From: Octopus vulgaris
Lineage: Eukaryota
Reading direction: 5' to 3'
Length of the DNA stretch: 64,000 nt
Assembly (NCBI GenBank): GCA_951406725.2
Contig: OX597819.1
Location: 125,984,001-126,048,000 of the forward strand
This document shows positions 54,011 to 64,000 of this stretch, piece after piece. A program made the translations under genes and the position numbers. Below the pieces are notes generated by a model. The model ran no database searches. It was not told the origin of the DNA and was given only the letters and a program-made list of their open reading frames with translations. Numbering within the stretch: position 1 is the first letter of the stretch; each line of letters opens with the position of its first letter.

Positions 54011-55077
54011 TCAATTCATATTATTTTTTTTATTGTTCATGGACTAAATCGGCGGTCAACTGTATAGTATATTTTTATACTGAGCTCATTCTGAATTCGC
54101 AGTCAGGGTGACAATATTATTGACCGAGATCTGTAATTACGGGTGATGAACTTTACATGTCGGAGGAATGGAGAATTCGAATTAGCTTTGACGACATAAG
54201 ATATAATTACATCATCTGAACGCGAAAGTCACAGTGATCTACGAAGCAATCTGCAATGAGGTAAGCATTTGCACAACACGTTGTGTTCTGGATGGATGTT
54301 CAACCAATTCGAATGATAATAGAGAGATTTTCAGATGGCAGGATCTGGTTTCCTGTTCTCTGCAGACAGGAAAATAAAAAGACGAGATGGTCATAGTTGG
54401 AATGCGTTTGATTATGGGTCTACTCACACAAGGCTGACCCGGAACTAAACAACTATAGTTATGTCACGTATAATCATCCAGTAGATATAATGGATGTGCA
54501 CTCAAATATCTCGATCTCGGCTTGATTTGAATTCAAAACGGAAGAAATACCGCAAAGGTAGTTTTTCCGACGCACCAACGAATCTTCTAGAACATAAATG
54601 TTCGTTGGTTAATTGATTAATTTTTCCAGGCCCAATTTACATTGTAAAGGGGGAAATAGAGAAAGAGAGAGATAGAATTAGTATAAAAGGTGAAAGATAT
54701 GTGCACATACTACGCTCGGTGGGGGGCAATGAGTAAAGGAACGCTACACAGGGAGTAAGAAAAAAGAAAGAATCACGGAAACAGAAGAGGAGGAAGATGG
54801 TGAGGGAAAAGAAATAGAGGAGAAAGAGGAGGGGGATGGGGAGGAGGAGGAGGAGGAGGAAATGATAATTGATGGCTGTAGTTGAAGAAGGCTCTGCAAT
54901 AGTTAACATTTATTGTATTGAATACTTCCCTTTCAAGTAAGTTGTTCAAAGTAAGTTTGTTATAATTTTTTATTATGGTAGTTTTTTTTCATTATTTGCT
55001 ACGGTATTCGCTAACATGGATTTATGACAAACTATTTCCAGTGAATACATCACGACAATAATATTAATACACTTTGA

Positions 55078-55490
55078 GGCGGCGAGCTGGCAGAATCGTT
55101 AGCACGGCGGGCGAAATGTTTCGCGGTATTTCGTCTGCCGCTACGTTCTGAGTTCAAATTCTGCCGAGGACGATTTGTCATTTAACTTTCGGGGTCGATT
55201 AAATAACTACCAGTTACGCACTGGGGCCGATATCATCGACTTAATCCGTTTGTCTGTCCTTGTTTGTCCCCTCTGTGTTTAGCCCTTTGTGGGTAATAAA
55301 GAAATAAGAATCGTTAGCACGCCGAGTGAAACGTCATTACGTTCTGAATTCAAATTCCGCCGAGGTCAACCTTCCTTCTCAACTTTTAGGGGGTCGATAA
55401 AATATGTACTAGTGGAACATTGGAAACAATTCAAGTGATATAGCCCCTCCCCTAAATCAGCTGGCTTTGTGCCAAAATTTGAAGCCAGCG
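55078..55490 (+). mobile_element. SINE family A dimer (long-tail copy followed by short-tail copy)
   Basis: Second head AGAATCGTTAGCAC begins at ~55307, right after the first tail. Confidence 0.85.
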
Positions 55491-55926
55491 TTAATGCACT
55501 TTGGCCTTTATGCTTAATATCAAGAAATTATACTTGAACGTTTAACAAATTACCCATACTCTCGGAAGTACTAGCACATATATAATGTATATACAAGGTA
55601 CAAGCTTCAGCGTGAGCTTACGAGGCTCACCTTGCAACTACACGGTCTCGAACGCAATCCCACTGCGTGACATCTTGAGCAAATCAGCCGAAACCTGTAT
55701 ATGTGTAAGTGCACATGATTCGCCAAAATAAGGGCTTTATCATTATATATATATATAATGATAAATCTCAGAGCGAGTTATAAACAGTAGCGGCAACACA
55801 TCGTGTCGTATATTTGCCATTTGAATATGGCTAACCCCTAAGGGTTGATGCTACTGTAGTTTGTAGCCCCAGGAAGACACCTCCTCCAGCTGGCTATATA
55901 TATATATATATACATTTTTATATATT

Positions 55927-55962
<36 letters not shown>

Positions 55963-55971
55963 TGGTTATAG

Positions 55972-56003
<32 letters not shown>

Positions 56004-56797
56004 GTATATATATATATATATACATATATACACACGTATATATATATATATATACGTATATATAAACGTATATATATATATATATGCATATACGTACTAT
56101 ATGTATATGTGTGTATGTATGTATGTATATAGTATGTGTGCCTGCATACACCTGATTATATGCGAGAAATAAAGTATGGGGGGTGCAGTGGAGGTGAGTA
56201 TCGGCTGCCCCACACCTGACAGGCTGCTCCCATTAAAGGGTAACATCAATTCTGTCTCTCAACAACAACAACAACTACAACAATCACAACAATAACTCCA
56301 TCCAATACAATTCCTTTTATTTATCTATGATTTACTTGTTTTAAATACTGGGGTTGTTTCCTGTCTGTCTCTTGGTTACCACGTTGTTTTGCTTTCTTTT
56401 AATTCTTTTTCTTTTATAACTGATAGCTGACTATTAGAGTGACATAAAAAAGCGTCCATTCTCTGACGATTAGAAACAAGAGCCGCCACGAAATACCATC
56501 TTTTGTTGCAGTTATTATTTTTATTGTTACTTTTAGTTTGTTTATTTATTTTTATTTGTTCCCATAGCACGGCAAAGATCCATCCAGAATTGACCCCCGA
56601 AAATGCCGGGTCGGGGAGTGGGAGGGAGGGAGGGAGGGAAGCAGGGGCGTATTTTAAGTTGAAACGCAACAATAAGCGGAGTCCCTAAATTTGAGGTCAT
56701 TGAGTTAAAAATACTGTTCTCTATGGAAAAGAAGAGCGAACACTAACGTAGAGAGAGTGGGGAAGTGTATGAGTGAGTGTGCATATGTATGAGATAG

Positions 56798-56844
<47 letters not shown>

Positions 56845-57170
56845 GAGAGAAGTGGGGATGGGGATGCAGAATACTTTGTTAAAGAAAACGAATTCTAATT
56901 TTCATGAAATACAAGATCTTTTTATATACTTCGTTGTTAAACTCCCATCGTTGGAGCGTCGAATGATTAGCAGTATTTAGTTTCGGCCATTTACTTTCTG
57001 AGTTCAAATACTGCCGAGGTCGACTTTATCCCTCTGCCTTCTGAGGTCAATAACACAAGCGGCAGCCAAGTAATGGATGTCCTCTCGCCATGAAGAAATC
57101 ATTGTCAAATGGCAGGATCGGTAGCACTTCGGAGGTTATTCTTTTGAGTGATTTATTACGACACTTTATG

Positions 57171-57369
57171 GGTCTTTTCGCTTTGACCGGCAGATTTTTA
57201 AAATAATTTCCATGTAACTAAAAAATTTTAAACTTCGTATACTGGTAGAATGAGTTTATAAAACATCTTTTTCTCTTGGCTTTCTTGAGAAAATTCTGTA
57301 GTTTATAAGATATTTGTTGTTTATTTTCTTGCATTTCGGCAATTTCAACCAATCAATGACGTCTATTGA
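57171..57369. mobile_element. Partial copy of the 52952-53246 MITE
   Basis: Reverse complement of the MITE's right half. Confidence 0.8.
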
Positions 57370-57481
57370 CAATATGAGATGGCTAAATACCGATAAAAAT
57401 TTGAGTTCGAAGTAAGGAATTATTAATAATTCCTTATTTCGAACTCAAATATTTACCTCTATTTAACCATCTTACACTGTC
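57368..57481. repeat. Imperfect palindrome centred at 57424/57425, directly upstream of the hammerhead
   Basis: TTTGAGTTCGAAGTAAGGAATTATT|AATAATTCCTTATTTCGAACTCAAA, with diverged outer arms. Confidence 0.85.
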
Positions 57482-57526
57482 TCTGATGATGGGATATCCA
57501 TATTATCCCAGAAACAGCTGTAAGAC
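57479..57526 (+). ncRNA. Canonical minimal type I hammerhead ribozyme (PLE type)
   Basis: GTCT-CTGATGA-TGGGATA(TCCATAT)TATCCCA-GAAA-CAGCTG-TA-AGAC: intact core, 7-bp stem II, palindromic stem III, 4-bp stem I. Confidence 0.85.
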
Positions 57527-57758
57527 TATATATCGTCTTCCATATAAATTTCCTGAAAACTCCTCACAGCCTTGGTTTTATCTCATTTTGTCTAATATAT
57601 ATATATATATATATATCCTTTTCTTCTTTTACTTGTTTTAGTCATTTGACTGAGGCCATGCTGTAGCACCTCCTTTAGTAAGACAAATCGACCCCAGAGT
57701 TATTCTTTGTAAGCCTAATACTTATTATATCGGTTTCTTTTGCCGAACCGCTAAGTAT

Positions 57759-59356
<1,598 letters not shown>

Positions 59357-59583
59357 GATAAAGATCCTTCCCGGGTCATGGTTTCCTAGTTTCTCGATTT
59401 TCGTGGCGTATACATTCTTCCCGGTCCGTGGCAGGATTACCCATATTTACCAGCTGAGTGGACTGAAGCAGCGTGTAATGAAGTGTATTGTTCAAGAACA
59501 CAACGCCCGGTCTAGGAATCGAAACCACAATCTTACGACCACAAGTCCAACACTCTAACTACTAACTCACGCACTTCTATACA

Positions 59584-59710
59584 CAGGGTGTCTCAAAAGT
59601 CACTGATGGATTTCAATTTTTAATAACTTCCTTTAATTTTACAAATAAATGCATGAAGGTTTGATACAATATAAAAATTGAAACCCATCAATGACTTTTG
59701 GGACACCCTG
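59584..59710. mobile_element. Tc1/mariner-type MITE
   Basis: TIR CAGGGTGTCTCAAAAGTCACTGATGGATTTCAATTTT / AAAATTGAAACCCATCAATGACTTTTGGGACACCCTG, followed by TA. Confidence 0.8.
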
Positions 59711-59714
59711 TATA

Positions 59715-60152
59715 TATTTCTTTACTACCCAAACACAGAGGGGACAAACAAGGACAGACAAATGGATTAAGTCGAATAGATCGACCCCAATGCGTAACTG
59801 GTACTTAATTTATCGACACCGAAAGGATGAAAGGTAAAGTCAACCTCGGCGGAATTTGAACTCAGAATGTAGCGGCAGACGAAATACCTATTTCTTTACT
59901 ACCCACAAGGGGCTAAACGCAGAGGGGACAAACAAGGACAGATAAACGGATTAAGTCGATTACATCAACCCCAATGCGTAACTGGTACTTATTTAATCGA
60001 CCCCGAAAGGATGAAAGGCAAAGTCGACCTCGGCGGAATTTGAATTCATAACGTAAAGACAGACGAAATACCTATTTCTTTATTACCCACAAGGGGCTAA
60101 ACACAGAGGGGACATCCCGAAAGGATGAAAGGCAAAGTCGACCTCGGCGGAA
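59715..60152 (-). mobile_element. SINE family A tandem multimer, 5'-truncated, with TSD
   Basis: About 2.5 body+tail units; TTTGGGACACCCTGTATA at 59697-59714 and 60153-60170. Confidence 0.88.
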
Positions 60153-60199
60153 TTTGGGACACCCTGTATACACACACACAGATACATACACACACACAA

Positions 60200-60230
<31 letters not shown>

Positions 60231-60577
60231 CACAAACATATATAAAATGGAGTACGTGCATGTTGCATATAAGATTAAATTTGCAAATATGTATGTATTT
60301 ATGTATGTATTTGCGTATTTATAGAGAGAAAGATTGAATAAATGACGAGGAAAAAAGAACGAGGGAAAAAGAGAGGTGATGCGAGCGGCGGGGCAGCAAG
60401 TATGCGTTAGTGAAGTGGAGTTCGAATGGATTTCATCGTAAAGGTGTATCCTACTAGACAGGTGAGGATTTCTGTACTAGTGTCACACATACACATGCAC
60501 ACCTACAAGCATACACACGTGCACGCATTGATAACACATACCTATGTAAGTATACACACGTGTGTCAAGCTTCAGTG

Positions 60578-61168
60578 AACACATCTGGCCAAATTCTTCG
60601 CATTCCACGTCCTCACCTCTTTCCTCCTGACACAACAAACGTGTAATACACCGTCTGTCTGTCAGTCAGCAAGTATGTTGTGCACACACGCACATACACA
60701 CGCACTCGGACACACACATGCCTACCTGCATGCATACACACATCCACATGTGTGAGTGCTGTACCACTTGCGAAATATGTATTTGTATGCGTAGGGATGA
60801 GCGCGCGCTTGTATGCGTTTGTCTTTGTAATATTTATATTGGATTTATCAATCATTTTAAAGCCTTGTTATCAAATTCCACCGAAGTCAAAATTGTTTTT
60901 ATCCCTTCGGAGTCGATAGAGTAAAGTACAGTACAGTAAAGTAAAGTAAAGTACAGTAAAGTAAAGGACTAATACTTTCCCCAAATTTCCAGGATGGAAT
61001 TTATGTTGGAAGCAATTATAATTAAAATAATTATTATCATTATTGTTTTATTGTCTTTACACAGTTTCTAACGCAGGAGATGTCCTACGGTGTCAACTGT
61101 TCACTACCAGTGAACTTAGGTAAAACCCCTTAAGGACGTGGAATGCGAAGAATTTGGCCAGATGTGTT
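60578..61168. repeat. Exact 36-bp inverted repeat pair (60578-60613 and 61133-61168)
   Basis: AACACATCTGGCCAAATTCTTCGCATTCCACGTCCT and its exact reverse complement, with unrelated flanks. Confidence 0.92.
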
Positions 61169-61270
61169 TTCGAGCACCTTCGGAGTATCCGTGCGGTTCT
61201 AAGCAGTGCTGTTTTCTGCAAGTCCCCTACCCTTATTGCAGTCCCTATTTGTTCCATGTGCCTCTCAAGA

Positions 61271-61272
<2 letters not shown>
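61053..61272 (-). mobile_element. 5'-truncated Dong/R4-like 3' end in (TAA)n
   Basis: Minus strand NLERHMEQIGTAIRVGDLQKTALLRTARILR is homologous to LQEVQKIVLTGTSHVLRR of the full element; 3' UTR hairpin GTTCACTGGTAGTGAAC; TTA repeats on both sides. Confidence 0.82.
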
Positions 61273-61321
<49 letters not shown>

Positions 61322-61341
61322 CATCATCATCATCATCATCA

Positions 61342-61450
<109 letters not shown>

Positions 61451-61451
61451 G

Positions 61452-61665
61452 CGCAGTGAGTTGGCAGAATCGTTAGCATGCCGGGCAAAATGCTTAGCAG
61501 CATTTCGTCCGTCTTCACGTTCTGACTTCAAATTCTACCGAGGTCGGGCTTTACCTTTCATCCTTTCAGAGTCGATAAATTAATTACCAGTTGCGTACTG
61601 TGGTCGATATAATCGATTGACCCCCTCCCATCAAATTTCACGCATTGTGCCTATTGTAGAGAGGA
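61452..61665 (+). mobile_element. SINE family A (short-tail variant)
   Basis: Family A head and core in (TTA)n. Confidence 0.85.
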
Positions 61666-61679
61666 TTATTATTATTTTC

Positions 61680-62140
61680 ATTGAGAGAGCAGTACATGCC
61701 ATCAAAGTGACACTGGGGGGAAATATACGAAGCCCAGAATACCCAAAATGATTATACAATTCTTGCAGGTGGGGCTCAGTTAGAATTTTCTTTAGGTCGA
61801 GTAGCCTATCTCGCTCAAAAAGTCCCTGAATAAGGGTTGTTTAAGGATGTTGAACAAAACACCCATGTTTCCAGAGGTGAATTATTCAAACCCCAAAGAA
61901 TCCCTCTCAACACATGGCTATGATGCTGCCCCACTACTTCTGCTCGTGATCAGAGATGCACATATCGTCAACCACTACGGGATATACTTAACTGGTTATG
62001 GTCAAACAACTGACAAACAAATCTGTGGTATTCAGTAGAATATTTGTTGTAGCCCATCTTTTATACCAAGACGAAACAAGGTACATGATAATACTTCCAA
62101 TCAGTTAAGATCACAAGCCATGAGAGCCACTGCCTAGTAT
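61680..62140. repeat. Dispersed repeat flanked by (TTA)n, possibly a LINE 3' end
   Basis: Homologous to 41385-41770; identity not resolved. Confidence 0.65.
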
Positions 62141-62148
62141 TGTTGTTG

Positions 62149-62227
<79 letters not shown>

Positions 62228-62239
62228 CATTATTATTTA

Positions 62240-62434
62240 GGGCGGTGAGCTGGCAGAATCGTTAGCACGCTGGGCAAAATGCTTAGTTGCATTTCGTACG
62301 TCTTTACGTTCTGAGTTCATATTCCGCCGAGGTTGACTTCGCTTTTCCTCCTTTCGGAGTCGATAGAATAAGTAGCAGTTGAGGACTGAGGTTGATGTAA
62401 TCGATTCATCCCCTCCCCCAAATTTAAAAGCCTT
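62240..62434 (+). mobile_element. SINE family A (short-tail variant), 3' end cut off
   Basis: Ends AAATTTAAAAGCCTT, lacking the GTGCCTAT... tail seen at 5512 and 61647. Confidence 0.85.
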
Positions 62435-62825
62435 CAATTTAAGAGAAAACGAATTTACTTGTATCCCCTACATCATCACAATTACTACTGGAAGAGTACA
62501 GATGTGAGTTGGTGGATTCGAAATTAGATCTAATAAAGATAAAACTATACACTGTAATACATTTAATGTGATATGTTATACAAATTCTCGCATACAGATA
62601 GCTACCAACATAAGGAAATTAGTAAAAATAAAGGTAGACTTTCCGACTAACTATTTACGAAAGATACTTAAAAAAATTATACACGCACTTACAAACAAAC
62701 TATAAAAGTAAACAGCAACAGTTTGCGATATGGTTAAAAAAAGACAGATTTAAGATGCAAAGTTGCGATAGTAAGTGGAGTTCGAATGGATTTCATCGTA
62801 AAGGTGTATCCTACTAGACAGGAGT

Positions 62826-63175
62826 TCGCAAACAAGATTATGTTCGAAAGTAATGCCTAGATTATAGTTTTTAAAGAATTTCTTTAATGTTTGCCTTGTT
62901 CTCTCAATATAAACCTTACTGTTACTTGCGATGACAAATAAAACGTCAGCCCTATATAGACCACCGGCAAGGTTATGGAAAACTACGTGCAAACAAGGCA
63001 TTAGATATTAACGAGATCGGTGATCTGGACAAAGTCACTAGATTCCATTGCTATATCAAAATTATCTGGTTTAATTTTCGGAGCCCATATTTTTTACTCC
63101 AATGCAATACTTGTAGTGCTAGCAAGTAGGATAACGTCAATTCTGGTCTAACGACATTCCATGTTTGTTTTCGTT
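62826..63175 (-). pseudogene. Penelope-like element RT fragment (decayed)
   Basis: IDVILLA...IWAPK...FDIAMESSDFVQITDLV (FDVTMGS.D.A...LVG motif), then GGLYRADVL (YRDD) ...LKKFFKNYNLGITFEHNL; breaks off before the expected VNFLD. Confidence 0.8.
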
Positions 63176-63179
63176 CGGT

Positions 63180-63700
63180 TTTCTTATATGTCTCCACTGT
63201 CCTGTTTTTTGTTCCCAACTTTGACACTCCATAAATCCCAAATTTTATTTTTGGAAATTATGGGAGCAACTGTCTTCGAAGACTTATATTGTCGTTCAGT
63301 GCTCGAAAGGAAGAGTAGACAGGGAGCCGACAACTGATGAAGGGTCATTCCTTGTATTGCTTGTTCTGTTTTCCATTTTTTTTTCGTTGTTTTGCGTATG
63401 TCACACGTTTGTTTTCGTACGTAATGTTGTTTACAGTTGGTGACGTCCTGTACCCATATATACATACACACACACACACCCATATATATATATACATATA
63501 AGAATATACCTACGCATACATATATACAAATATATTTAGTATAAACATACGCATACACAGGTATATGTATGTATGAATGTGTGTGTGTGTATCTTAATAA
63601 GTTTTGATATGTAAATATGACCCGGGGATCCGAGTGTAGAAAACTTGTTAGCTTCAAGCAGTTAGCGGTTATTATAGATAGAAAAAAGTGGACAGTATAC
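63180..63700 (+). mobile_element. PLE pseudo-LTR-like segment
   Basis: GCCGACAACTGATGAAGGG...GACGTCCTGTAC shared with 28670-28790; adjacent to the PLE RT fragment. Confidence 0.5.
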
Positions 63701-64000
63701 GATAAGATACAATAACAATTTACTGGCTTTGAGTTACACACTTTGTTCTCATATCGAAGTTTCTACATAGTTCCCTGTTAGCAAATAACGCTGTTAAAAT
63801 GTGAACAAAAATCCAAATTGAGTGGAACAGATAAAATGGACGCTATATATGTTTCTTAAGTAGCCAAAGCTCATGACGCAATTGTTATTCAATGAACTCT
63901 ACTCAATGTAGGCTAAGATGGCATTAATGAAGATTACAGTGTAGCACGGAATTTCTAAGTCAGCTGCAACACAATGCTGAGTTCAACCCAATAGAAAAGC

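Noticed and set aside
63329-63650. Hammerhead starting CTGATGAAGGGTCAT with distant ATGACCC
   Set aside because: No GAAA or stem III correctly placed after the putative stem II; likewise for the remnants at 28770 and 43355.
63184-63741. 185-aa minus-strand ORF
   Set aside because: It crosses a microsatellite and a pLTR-like repeat and has no recognisable domain.

Overview
This is a repeat-saturated animal genomic window with no recognisable host protein-coding exon. The SINE families and microsatellite density resemble Octopus (coleoid cephalopod) intronic or intergenic DNA; the species assignment is inference. The only near-intact coding unit is a full-length R4/Dong-clade non-LTR retrotransposon (RT, CCHC finger, restriction-like endonuclease; minus strand, ~1238-5182). 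It sits in (TAA)n and is split by a single 1-nt frameshift. Several 5'-truncated Dong-like tails also lie in (TAA)n tracts. The rest comprises many tRNA-derived SINEs of at least 4 families, decayed RTE, CR1, L1/Tx1, mariner and Penelope-like (PLE) fragments, a non-autonomous Helitron, MITEs and foldback elements, and simple repeats. Almost all other ORFs in the supplied track are microsatellite artefacts. The most notable observations are: (1) a nested pair of exact, non-family repeats at 60.4-62.8 kb (50-bp direct pair enclosing a 36-bp inverted pair); (2) a U6 snRNA-SINE chimeric retrocopy bounded by one 15-bp TSD; (3) several type I hammerhead ribozyme motifs in PLE-derived, often palindromic, elements; (4) a degenerate 21-bp-period array at ~47 kb.
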